Below are positions 21,227 to 29,530 of a stretch of DNA of 36,112 nt, one piece after another. This DNA is from Elusimicrobiota bacterium (GTDB lineage Bacteria > Elusimicrobiota > Elusimicrobia > UBA1565). The notes under the pieces were generated by a model that saw only the letters and a list, made by a program, of their open reading frames with translations, searched no databases and was not told where the DNA came from. The translations under genes and the position numbers were made by a program. Location: positions 1-36,112 of the forward strand of contig JBDREN010000182.1 in the NCBI GenBank assembly GCA_043819795.1, written 5' to 3'. Numbering within the stretch: position 1 is the first letter of the stretch; each line of letters begins with the position of its first letter.

Positions 21227-22350
21227 TCATGAACGACCTGTTCGGACATTCCAAGAATCGCTACGCGATTCTTGGAATGTCCTCATCGCGAAAAACAGCG
21301 GTTCCCAGCGGGGGTATCGCACCTTCGGAGAATCGCCGCGCGATTTTCGGAATGTCCTCATCGCGAAAAACAGCGGCGACAACGCCGGTGATTCTACTGA
21401 CGCTTATCGGCCTCCTGAACGCGAGCGCGCCGGCGGCCTTCGCGTCGGACAAGGCGGGGACCTCCTCGGGTGAGTTTTTGAAGTTCGGGGCCGACGCGCG
21501 GGGAATGGCCATGGGAGACGCCATGACCGCGGTGGCCGACGACGCCGCGGCCATCCACTGGAACCCGGCCGGGCTCTCGCAGCTCACCCGGCGGCACGTG
21601 GCCGGCACGGGCGCTCTCCTATATCAGGACGTCTTCTTGGGCTTCATCGCAGCCGCCTTTCCCGTGCAGCCCGTCATCCGGCACCGCCGGCGCCTGCTGC
21701 GCCCGAGCGGCCTGGGTGCTATCGCCGTCGGCGCCCTCTATCTCAACGCCGGCGAGATCGAGGAGGTCAACAATACCGGCGCCAAGACGGGCGGCACGTT
21801 CACGCCCACCGACGCCGCCTTCATGGTCGGGTGGGGGGGGACGCTGACGGAAATCCTCGACCTCGGGTTGACGGTGAAATACATCAACTCCACCATCAAG
21901 GCCAGCGCGCGCACCGGCGCCGCGGACGCCGGACTCCGGCTCCGCCTGCACGTGGTCGACCGCCCATACGTCCTTGCCCTCAGCGCGCACAACCTGGGCG
22001 GGAGCCTGCGCTTCCACCAGCAGAGCGCCCCGCTGCCGACCACCTTCCGCATCGGCCAGAGCATCAGGGCCGCGCGCCCGTGGCTCGTCTCGTTCGACAT
22101 CGTCGTCCCGCGCGACAACGACCCCTACCCCGCCTTCGGGACGGAAGCGACGTTCGAGATCGACGACGGCCTCTCGACGGCCGTCCGGGGGGGATGGTCG
22201 GGGAGGACCTCCTCGGGGGACCTCGACGGCATGGCCGGGATCACTTTCGGGGCCGGAATGCAGCTGCGCGACTTCGGGGCCGACTACGCCTGGGTCCCCT
22301 TCGGCGTGCTCGGCCACACCCACCGCGTCTCCCTCTCATACCGGTTCTAG
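21223..22350 (+). CDS. PorV/PorQ-family outer-membrane beta-barrel protein
   Basis: FLKFGADARGMAMG, AIHWNPAGL, DYAWVPFGVLGHTHRVSLSYRF with terminal Phe. The true start may be a later Met within the repeat. Confidence 0.82.
   Translation: MIMNDLFGHSKNRYAILGMSSSRKTAVPSGGIAPSENRRAIFGMSSSRKTAATTPVILLTLIGLLNASAPAAFASDKAGTSSGEFLKFGADARGMAMGDAMTAVADDAAAIHWNPAGLSQLTRRHVAGTGALLYQDVFLGFIAAAFPVQPVIRHRRRLLRPSGLGAIAVGALYLNAGEIEEVNNTGAKTGGTFTPTDAAFMVGWGGTLTEILDLGLTVKYINSTIKASARTGAADAGLRLRLHVVDRPYVLALSAHNLGGSLRFHQQSAPLPTTFRIGQSIRAARPWLVSFDIVVPRDNDPYPAFGTEATFEIDDGLSTAVRGGWSGRTSSGDLDGMAGITFGAGMQLRDFGADYAWVPFGVLGHTHRVSLSYRF
21244..21376. repeat. Perfect 18-bp inverted repeat plus 48-bp direct repeat in the PorV-like 5' end
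   Basis: GGACATTCCAAGAATCGC-TAC-GCGATTCTTGGAATGTCC at 21244-21282. 21254-21301 is repeated at 21329-21376. Confidence 0.85.
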
Positions 22351-22358
22351 GAGTCTAA

Positions 22359-22430
22359 GTGTCTGGCGTTGCGTTGTTGCGTTGTTTGCTCCCGCCGACG
22401 GGGATAACGCAACAACGCAACGCCAGACAC
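22359..22430. repeat. Perfect 25-bp intergenic inverted repeat
   Basis: GTGTCTGGCGTTGCGTTGTTGCGTT (22359-22383) and AACGCAACAACGCAACGCCAGACAC (22406-22430). Confidence 0.9.
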
Positions 22431-22474
22431 CCTCTTGCGTTGAAATACCGCGGCTTTTATACACACGGCCCTTT

Positions 22475-22483
22475 TGGTACCAT
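22475..22483 (+). promoter_or_regulatory. Extended -10 promoter of mrp (probably leaderless)
   Basis: TGGTACCAT (TGn + TACCAT) lies 6 nt before ATG 22490, with no Shine-Dalgarno sequence. Confidence 0.5.
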
Positions 22484-22489
22484 ATTCTC

Positions 22490-23572
22490 ATGACGACGAA
22501 AGAAAACATACTCAAGGCCCTCAGCGCCTGCCAGGACCCCGAGATCGGCAAGGACATCGTCTCCCTCGGGATGGTCCGCGACCTTTCCGTCGAGAACGGC
22601 AAGGTCCGCTTCGATTTCGTTCTCACCACTCCCGCCTGCCCGCTCAAGTCGCAGATGGAGAACGCCGCCCGCGAGGCCGTGCTCAAGGTCCCCGGCGTCA
22701 AGGCCGTGGACATCAACATGACGGCGGCCGTCAAGAAGGACGCCCGCCTGGAGCGCGCCCTGCCGCCGGGAGTCAAGAACCTGCTGGCCGTGGGCAGCGG
22801 CAAGGGCGGCGTGGGAAAATCCTGCGTGGCCGCCAACCTGGCCGTGTCGCTGGCTAAGGAGGGAGCCGCGGTCGGACTCCTGGACGCCGACGTCTACGGC
22901 CCGAACCAGCACCAGATGTTCGGTGTCCGCGACTACGTCCCCAAGCCGGACAGCGAGGACAAAATCGCGCCGGCCGAGGCCCACGGAGTGAAGCTCTTCT
23001 CGATGGGGTTCCTCATGGACCCCGACAGCCCGGCCATCTGGCGCGGGCCCATGCTGCACGGGGCCGTCATCCAGTTCCTGAAGGACGTGCGCTGGGGGGA
23101 GCTCGACTACCTGATCGTGGACCTCCCTCCGGGCACCGGGGACGTCCAGCTCAGCCTGTGCCGGACGGCCCCGCTCACCGGCGCGGTGATCGTCACGACG
23201 CCGCAGTCGATCGCCCTCTCCGACGTGCGCAAGGCCGTGGCGATGTTCAAGCAGCTCAAGGTCCCGATCCTCGGCGTCATCGAGAACATGAGCGTCTTCG
23301 CGTGCCCGCACTGCGGGAATACCTCGCGGGTCTTCGGCGAGGGCGGCGCGAAGAAGCTCTCCGAGATGCACAACATCCCGCGTCTCGGATCGGTGCCGCT
23401 CGACCCCACCGTCTGCGAGTCGGGGGAGACCGGCACCCCCATGGCGCTCGCTCATCCCGACAGCCCGACGACGGCCGCCTTCCGGAAGCTGGCCGGCCAG
23501 GTGGCCGTGCAGGTGAGCCTGCGGCACCACGAAGGGAAGCGGGCCGGCGCGGACCTCGTCGGCGCGAGCTAG
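22490..23572 (+). CDS. mrp: Mrp/NBP35 (ApbC) Fe-S cluster carrier ATPase with N-terminal MIP18-like domain
   Basis: DPEIGKDIVSLG, LTTPACP, GKGGVGKS, DADVYGP, DLPPGTGD, ENMS..CPHC. Confidence 0.95.
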   Translation: MTTKENILKALSACQDPEIGKDIVSLGMVRDLSVENGKVRFDFVLTTPACPLKSQMENAAREAVLKVPGVKAVDINMTAAVKKDARLERALPPGVKNLLAVGSGKGGVGKSCVAANLAVSLAKEGAAVGLLDADVYGPNQHQMFGVRDYVPKPDSEDKIAPAEAHGVKLFSMGFLMDPDSPAIWRGPMLHGAVIQFLKDVRWGELDYLIVDLPPGTGDVQLSLCRTAPLTGAVIVTTPQSIALSDVRKAVAMFKQLKVPILGVIENMSVFACPHCGNTSRVFGEGGAKKLSEMHNIPRLGSVPLDPTVCESGETGTPMALAHPDSPTTAAFRKLAGQVAVQVSLRHHEGKRAGADLVGAS

Positions 23573-23583
23573 CGGAGGAACCC

Positions 23584-24261
23584 TTGGCCGGCAACCTGCG
23601 CGCCTTTCTCGCCGAGTTGATGGGGACCTTCGCGTGGGTCCTGTTCGTGGCGGGCGCCGTTTGCACGGACGCCTCGCTGGACGGGGCCCTCGGCCCGGCC
23701 GGGATCGCCATGGCGCAAGGCGTCGCCCTGGCGGCCGTCTTCGGCGTCTTCGGCCCCTACTCCATCGGCCTGTTCAACCCGGCTTTCACGATCGCCCTCG
23801 CGTGCCTGAAACGCGTCGAGATCGGGAAAGCCGCTCTGTGCCTGCTCTGCCAGCTTCTGGGCGCAGTCCTGGCCGCCCTGTTGCTGAAGCAGATATTCTC
23901 CCACCTCCTCTTGGCCGGGGAGCCTCCCTACCTTGGCACCCCTCTCGCCTCCGCCGTCGGCTTCCGTTCCGCGACGCTTCTGGAAGCCGTCATCACCTTC
24001 TTCCTGGCCGTGGCCGCCTATCGGGCCACGGAGGACACGGGCATGCCCTCGGTCGCGCCCCGGGCGATCGTCGTCGGCGCCGTGGCCGCGGCCGCCGCCT
24101 TCGTCGCGGGCCCGCTGACGGGAGCCGCGATGAACCCGGCCCGGGCCTTCGGCCCCGCCGTGGTCACGGGATTCTGGTCCCAGCACTACGTCTACTGGGT
24201 CGGGCCGCTGGCCGGCGCCGTCGGGGGCATGGCGCTCTCCCGCTTCCTCTTCGACCGATAA
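23584..24261 (+). CDS. MIP family channel (aquaporin)
   Basis: AELMGTF, two NPA motifs (FNPAF, MNPAR), YWVGPLAG. TTG start preceded by GGAGG. Confidence 0.9.
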   Translation: MAGNLRAFLAELMGTFAWVLFVAGAVCTDASLDGALGPAGIAMAQGVALAAVFGVFGPYSIGLFNPAFTIALACLKRVEIGKAALCLLCQLLGAVLAALLLKQIFSHLLLAGEPPYLGTPLASAVGFRSATLLEAVITFFLAVAAYRATEDTGMPSVAPRAIVVGAVAAAAAFVAGPLTGAAMNPARAFGPAVVTGFWSQHYVYWVGPLAGAVGGMALSRFLFDR

Positions 24262-24333
24262 AGGCCATTTTTATATAATCCGTATACGCTGCCGCCGTTG
24301 CCGGGGCGATCCAAGACACCAAGGGGAGATTTC

Positions 24334-25788
24334 ATGCTCTCGATCGATGCCGGTCTATTCACCGGACTCAACGCGACCCAGGACCCGCTCGTCCTCTTCG
24401 CCTTCTCGGACGGAGGCATCGTAGACGCCCGGCTGCTGCCCAACAAGCTCCTCAAGGCGCTGAAGACCCGCTGCGAGGAGGAGGATTTTCACGCGAAGCT
24501 CGGCGAGACCGTCTCGCTGCGGGCCTCCGACGGGACGGTCGTGCGGCCGTACCTGATCGTCGGCCTCGGCAAGCGCAAGGCGTTCAACAGCGAGACGCTG
24601 CGCCGTTGCGGCGGCCACATCTACAGGGCCGCCAAGAGCCGTTTCGAGACCCTTTGGGTGTCGCCCCCGGCGGGATTGGCGGCCCCGCTGGCCGAGGGGC
24701 TGCTCCTGGGCTCCTACGTGTTCCTGCGATACAAGCGGCCGGACGCGGAGCCCAAGCTTAAAACCGTGCGCCTGCTGGCCCGACGCGCCCCGGAGCGCGC
24801 CCGCTTCAAGAGCGCAGCGGCCCGCGCGACCCTCTTCTGCGAGGCCGTCTTCGCGGCGCGCGACCTCGTCAACCGGGGGCCTTCCGACAAGTCGCCGGAG
24901 GCGCTCGCGCGCCTGGCCGAGGGCCTCGCCGGCCCGCGCCTGAGCGTGAAGGTGATCGACAAGAAGGCGGCCGAGAAGCTCGGGATGGGGTCCTTCCTGA
25001 GCGTGGCGCGCGGCTCTTCGGCGCCCCCGTACTTCGTCCATCTCGTGTACAAGCCCAAGGGTAAAGCCCGCAAGCGCGTCGGGCTCGCCGGCAAGGGGAT
25101 CACGTTCGACTCCGGCGGGCTCTCGCTCAAGCGCCCGCCGCACATGGCCATGATGAAGATGGACATGGCCGGGGCGGCCGCGGTGCTCGCGATCTTCAAG
25201 GTGCTGCCCCGCCTCGGCGTCCGCGCGGAGGTCCACGGCTTCACGCCCCTGGCCTACAACATGCCCGGGTGCGACGCCATCAAGCCGGGCGACGTCGTCC
25301 GGGCCATGAACGGCAAGACGATCGAGATACTCAACACCGACGCCGAGGGGCGGCTCGTCCTCGCCGACGCCCTCGCATACGCCGCGAGGCAGAAGCTCGA
25401 CGTGCTCATGGACCTGGCGACGCTCACGGGCTCCATCCTAATCGCCCTGGGGGACCGGGTGACCGGCGCGATGACCAACGACAAGGCCCTCCTTAAGCGC
25501 GTCCTGGCCGTCGCCGACAAGACGAGCGAGCCCATCTGGGAGATGCCGCTCGTCAAGGACTACCGGAAGCACATCACGAGCAGGATCGCCGACATCAAGA
25601 ACATCGGCAAGGGCCGCGAGGGAGGCGCCATCATCGGGGGCATATTCCTCCAGGAGTTCGTGGACGGGACTCCCTGGATCCACTTCGACATCGCCGGCAC
25701 CGCCTGGAGCGACGGCCACTCCTACTGCCCTCCCGGGGGCACGGGGACGATGGTCCGGACCATGCTCGAGTACCTGACGAGCCTCTGA
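24334..25788 (+). CDS. pepA: Leucyl aminopeptidase (M17)
   Basis: GKGITFDSGG, MKMDMAGAA, NTDAEGRLVLAD, DLATLTG, HFDIAGT. ATG 24334 follows GGGGAG. Confidence 0.95.
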   Translation: MLSIDAGLFTGLNATQDPLVLFAFSDGGIVDARLLPNKLLKALKTRCEEEDFHAKLGETVSLRASDGTVVRPYLIVGLGKRKAFNSETLRRCGGHIYRAAKSRFETLWVSPPAGLAAPLAEGLLLGSYVFLRYKRPDAEPKLKTVRLLARRAPERARFKSAAARATLFCEAVFAARDLVNRGPSDKSPEALARLAEGLAGPRLSVKVIDKKAAEKLGMGSFLSVARGSSAPPYFVHLVYKPKGKARKRVGLAGKGITFDSGGLSLKRPPHMAMMKMDMAGAAAVLAIFKVLPRLGVRAEVHGFTPLAYNMPGCDAIKPGDVVRAMNGKTIEILNTDAEGRLVLADALAYAARQKLDVLMDLATLTGSILIALGDRVTGAMTNDKALLKRVLAVADKTSEPIWEMPLVKDYRKHITSRIADIKNIGKGREGGAIIGGIFLQEFVDGTPWIHFDIAGTAWSDGHSYCPPGGTGTMVRTMLEYLTSL

Positions 25789-25789
25789 G

Positions 25790-26356
25790 ATGCCCAAGAC
25801 CCACGCCCCCTCCGTGTCGGACTCCGTTCGGGACATCCTCGAGGCCCTCGGCGAGGACCCGGAGCGCGAGGGCCTGCTCAAGACGCCGGAGCGCGTCGAG
25901 AAGTCCCTCAAGGACCTGACCCGCGGCTACCGGGAGGACGTAGACGCCGTCTTCAACGGAGCGCTCTTCGAGGTCGACTACAGCGAGATGGTCCTCGTGA
26001 AGGACATCATCTACTATTCGATGTGTGAACACCATCTCCTCCCATTTTTCGGGAAGGCCGCCGTGGCCTACGTGCCGGACCGGCATATCGTCGGCCTCTC
26101 GAAGATCCCAAAGATCGTGCGGGTCTTCGCGCGCCGGCTCCAGGTGCAGGAGCGCATGACCCAGCAGATCGCCGAGACCCTGGAGCGAAAGCTCAAGCCG
26201 CGCGGCGTCGGCGTCGTGATCCAGGCCCGGCACCTGTGCATGGAGATGCGCGGCGCCCAAAGCCTGCTCTCGCCCACGATCACCAGCGCCATGCTCGGCT
26301 GCTTCCGAAGCGACGCGCGCACCCGCGACGAGTTCCTGAAGCTCGCCGGGACCTGA
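25790..26356 (+). CDS. folE: GTP cyclohydrolase I
   Basis: REGLLKTPERV, SMCEHHLLPF, GLSKI, RRLQVQER, HLCMEMRG. Confidence 0.96.
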   Translation: MPKTHAPSVSDSVRDILEALGEDPEREGLLKTPERVEKSLKDLTRGYREDVDAVFNGALFEVDYSEMVLVKDIIYYSMCEHHLLPFFGKAAVAYVPDRHIVGLSKIPKIVRVFARRLQVQERMTQQIAETLERKLKPRGVGVVIQARHLCMEMRGAQSLLSPTITSAMLGCFRSDARTRDEFLKLAGT

Positions 26357-26379
26357 CGGCCAAGCCGGAGGAGAACACC

Positions 26380-29184
26380 ATGAGCAACCCCTTGAAAGAA
26401 CTGCGGCGGTTCGGGCAGAGCCCCTGGATGGACATGATCAGCCGGGAGATGCTCGACTCCGGAAGCCTCAAGCGCATGATCGACGAGGACGGCGTCGCGG
26501 GCGTGACGTCGAACCCGACGATCTTCGACAAGGCGATCTCCAAGAGCTCCGACTACGACCCGCTCCTGCGCGAGGCCGTCGCGGAGGGCCTCGACGATCC
26601 CAAGGCGCTCTTCGAGCGGCTCGCCATCCGGGACATCCGCGACGCCGCGGACGTCCTCCGTCCCGTCTACGAGAGCGCCCGGGGGACGGACGGGTACGTC
26701 AGCCTGGAGGTCTCCCCGACGCTCGCCAACGACACCGACGGGACGGTCGAGGAGGCAAGGCGGCTGTTCAAGGCGGTCGACCGGAAGAACGTCATGATCA
26801 AGATCCCGGCCACGCGCGAGGGCCTGCCGGCCATCGAGCGGGCCATCGCGGAGGGGATCAACGTCAACGTGACCCTCATCTTCTCGCTGGAGCGCTACAT
26901 GGCGGCGGCGAACGCCTACCTGGCGGGGCTCGAGCGCCTCGACGCGGGCGGCCGGCCGCTGAGCGACGTCGCGTCGGTCGCCAGCTTTTTCGTGAGCCGC
27001 ATCGACACCGCCGTGGACAAGCTGCTGCCCGAGGGCTCGCCCCTGAGGGGGAAGACCGCGGTGGCCAACGCGAAGACCGCCTACCACCTGTTCCGGCAGA
27101 TATTCGGCTCGGAGCGCTTCGAGGTGCTGCGCAAGAAGGGCGCGCGCCTCCAGCGCCCGCTGTGGGCGAGCACGGGCACCAAGGACCCCAAGTACTCCGA
27201 CGTCCTCTACGTGTCGGAGCTCATCGGGGCCGACACCGTCAACACGATCCCGCCCGCCACCTGGGACGCCTTCCGCGACCACGGCAAGCTCCGCGAGAGC
27301 ATCGTCGAGGACGTGGCCGGCGCGCGCGCCCACCTGGAGGCCCTCAAGACAGCGGGGATAGACTTCGCCGCGGTCACCGACGAGCTTGAGGCGGCCGGTG
27401 TGAAGGCGTTCGCGGACTCCTTCGCGTCCTTGCTCGGCCATCTGGCGGAGAAGGCGCGGACGCTGCGGGAGTCGCCGGCCCCCGCTGCGCAGGACTCGCC
27501 CGCCCCGGCGGAGCCCTCGGCCGACCCGATGCGCCGCATATGGGACAAGGACGCCTCCCTTTGGAAGAGCGAGCCCGAGCACCGGAAGGTGATCGATAAC
27601 TCCCTGGGCTGGCTCCGCATGCCGGAGGTGATGGCCGAGCGGACCGAGGAGCTGGAGTCTTTCGCCGACGAGGCGCGCAACGCCGGCTTCGAGCACGCCG
27701 TCGTCCTCGGGATGGGTGGCTCGAGCCTCGCCCCCGAGGTCCTGCGCCGGACCTTCCCGGCGAGGGAGGGCTATCCCGTCCTCCACGTCCTCGACAGCAC
27801 CGAGCCCGAGACCGTGGCCGCCATGGAGAAGGCCGCGGACCCGGCCAAGACGCTCTACATCGTCGCGAGCAAGTCGGGCACGACCACCGAGCCCCTGCGC
27901 CTCTTCGACTATTTCTTCGCCAAGGTGAAGGCGGCCGTCGGGGACGCGGCTGGCCGGCATTTCACGGCCATCACCGACCCCGGCTCGCGCCTAGAAGCCC
28001 TCGCCAAGGAGAAGGGTTTCTTCCGGACGTTCCTGAACTTCCCCGACATCGGGGGGCGCTTCTCGGCGCTCTCCTACTTCGGCATGGTACCGGCCGCACT
28101 CATGGGAGTGGACGTGAAGGCGCTCCTGGCGCGGGCGAAGACGATGGCGGAGGCCTGCGCTCCGGGCTCGGCCGACAATCCCGGCCTTTCGCTCGGCCTC
28201 GCGCTCGGCGAGCACGCCCGGCAGGGCCGCGACAAGCTGACGCTCCTGGTCTCCCCGGAGATCGAAAGCCTGGGACTCTGGCTCGAGCAGCTGATCGCCG
28301 AGAGCACCGGCAAGGAGGGCAAGGGCGTCGTGCCCGTCGCCGGCGAGCCCCCTCGCGAGCCCGGCCGTTACGGCGAGGACAGGGTCTTCGCGCACATCCG
28401 CCTCGAGGGCTCCGCCGGCAAGGACGTCGAGGACGCCGCGAAAAGCCTCAAGGAGGGGGGACATCCCGTCCTCACGCTGAGCCTGTCCGACCCGCTCGAT
28501 CTCGGGGCCGAGTTCTTCCGCTGGGAGATCGCCACCGCGGTCCTGGGGCACGCGCTCGGCATCAACCCCTTCGACCAGCCGGACGTGCAGGCGGCGAAAA
28601 ACAAGACCAAGGCCCTGCTCGCGGAGCTCAAGAGCAGCGGCGCCCTGCCCCAAGCTGAAAGCCACGCCTCAGGCGACGGGCTGACCCTCTCGTTCTCGCG
28701 CGCCTCCTTCGAGGAAATGGGTGCGGCCACCGGGGGACTGAGCCTCGACGAGGCTCTGACCCGGTTCCTCGCCGAATCAAGACCGGGCGACTACGCGGGG
28801 ATACTCGCCTACCTGGCCTCGGACGGACGCCATGAGCGGGCCCTCAAGGAGCTCCGCGTCGCCTTGCCGCGGGCGGCCAACCTGCCGGTGCAGGCGGGCT
28901 ACGGGCCGCGCTACCTGCACTCCACCGGCCAGGTCCACAAAGGAGGACCTAACACCGGGCTCTTCCTGCTGCTCTCGCGCGAGGGCGGCCCCGACCTGGA
29001 GATCCCCGGCGCCGGGCTCACCTTCGGCCAGCTGGTGACGGCCCAGGCCCTCGGCGACTTCCAGGCGCTCGATTCAGCCGGGCGGCGCGCCGTCTACGTC
29101 CGCATCCAGGGCGAGACGGACGCCGGCTTGCGGCGGCTCGCGCAAGCCCTGGAGGCCGCGGCCCGGACCGGGCTCAAGGTCTGA
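26380..29184 (+). CDS. tal-pgi: Bifunctional transaldolase / glucose-6-phosphate isomerase
   Basis: GQSPWMD, GVTSNPTIF, MIKIPAT and LWASTGTK (transaldolase), then GMGGSSL, SKSGTT, GGRFSALS, EQLIAESTGK and PFDQPDV (PGI). ATG 26380 follows GGAGGAG. Confidence 0.93.
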   Translation: MSNPLKELRRFGQSPWMDMISREMLDSGSLKRMIDEDGVAGVTSNPTIFDKAISKSSDYDPLLREAVAEGLDDPKALFERLAIRDIRDAADVLRPVYESARGTDGYVSLEVSPTLANDTDGTVEEARRLFKAVDRKNVMIKIPATREGLPAIERAIAEGINVNVTLIFSLERYMAAANAYLAGLERLDAGGRPLSDVASVASFFVSRIDTAVDKLLPEGSPLRGKTAVANAKTAYHLFRQIFGSERFEVLRKKGARLQRPLWASTGTKDPKYSDVLYVSELIGADTVNTIPPATWDAFRDHGKLRESIVEDVAGARAHLEALKTAGIDFAAVTDELEAAGVKAFADSFASLLGHLAEKARTLRESPAPAAQDSPAPAEPSADPMRRIWDKDASLWKSEPEHRKVIDNSLGWLRMPEVMAERTEELESFADEARNAGFEHAVVLGMGGSSLAPEVLRRTFPAREGYPVLHVLDSTEPETVAAMEKAADPAKTLYIVASKSGTTTEPLRLFDYFFAKVKAAVGDAAGRHFTAITDPGSRLEALAKEKGFFRTFLNFPDIGGRFSALSYFGMVPAALMGVDVKALLARAKTMAEACAPGSADNPGLSLGLALGEHARQGRDKLTLLVSPEIESLGLWLEQLIAESTGKEGKGVVPVAGEPPREPGRYGEDRVFAHIRLEGSAGKDVEDAAKSLKEGGHPVLTLSLSDPLDLGAEFFRWEIATAVLGHALGINPFDQPDVQAAKNKTKALLAELKSSGALPQAESHASGDGLTLSFSRASFEEMGAATGGLSLDEALTRFLAESRPGDYAGILAYLASDGRHERALKELRVALPRAANLPVQAGYGPRYLHSTGQVHKGGPNTGLFLLLSREGGPDLEIPGAGLTFGQLVTAQALGDFQALDSAGRRAVYVRIQGETDAGLRRLAQALEAAARTGLKV

Positions 29185-29214
29185 GTCCGAGTATCGCGGC
29201 CGGCGCGGAAAGTG

Positions 29215-29223
29215 TGATATACT
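29215..29223 (+). promoter_or_regulatory. Extended -10 promoter of tRNA-Gly
   Basis: TGATATACT ends 24 nt upstream of the tRNA. Confidence 0.55.
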
Positions 29224-29247
29224 TAGGGCGCGGCCATCGCCGCTGAT

Positions 29248-29321
29248 GCGGGCGTAGTTCAGTGGTAGAACGAAAGCTTCCCAAGCTTTAGACGAGGGTT
29301 CGATTCCCTTCGCCCGCTCCA
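29248..29321 (+). tRNA. tRNA-Gly (anticodon CCC)
   Basis: Acceptor GCGGGCG/CGCCCGC, D-arm GTTC/GAAC, anticodon arm AAAGC-TTCCCAA-GCTTT, T-loop TTCGATT, encoded CCA. 74 nt. Confidence 0.97.
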
Positions 29322-29330
29322 AATTTCCCT

Positions 29331-29520
29331 AATAATCCCTGACCTATCACGCTTGCATCCTCGCCGGAGGATGCAAGCTTCGGGATACTATAGACGCGGC
29401 CTTTTCGCCTCATCCATCGACGGGGGGACCGCCGCTTCAAGGGAAAAGTCGACAAAAACTCGACACCCTATTACCGCCCCGAATCCGCGGCCGGGAGTTC
29501 AATCGCCGGCTTTCTACGTA
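29331..29520 (+). repeat. Conserved att arm, copy 1 (palindrome plus tandem 11-mers)
   Basis: Homologous to about 34472-34690. Contains GCTTGCATCCTC-GCCG-GAGGATGCAAGC (29351-29378) and AAAAGTCGACA-AAAACTCGACA (29444-29465). Confidence 0.85.
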
Positions 29521-29530
29521 TCGGAATCCC

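Noticed and set aside
21244..21376. Mini CRISPR array
   Set aside because: Only two degenerate 48-bp units, in frame in a CDS, with no cas genes or leader.
26068..27960. Long antisense and alternate-frame ORFs throughout the window (for example 26068-27960, 6531-8312, 2836-4071)
   Set aside because: They overlap well-supported genes and have no recognisable motifs. They are typical shadow ORFs of GC-rich DNA.
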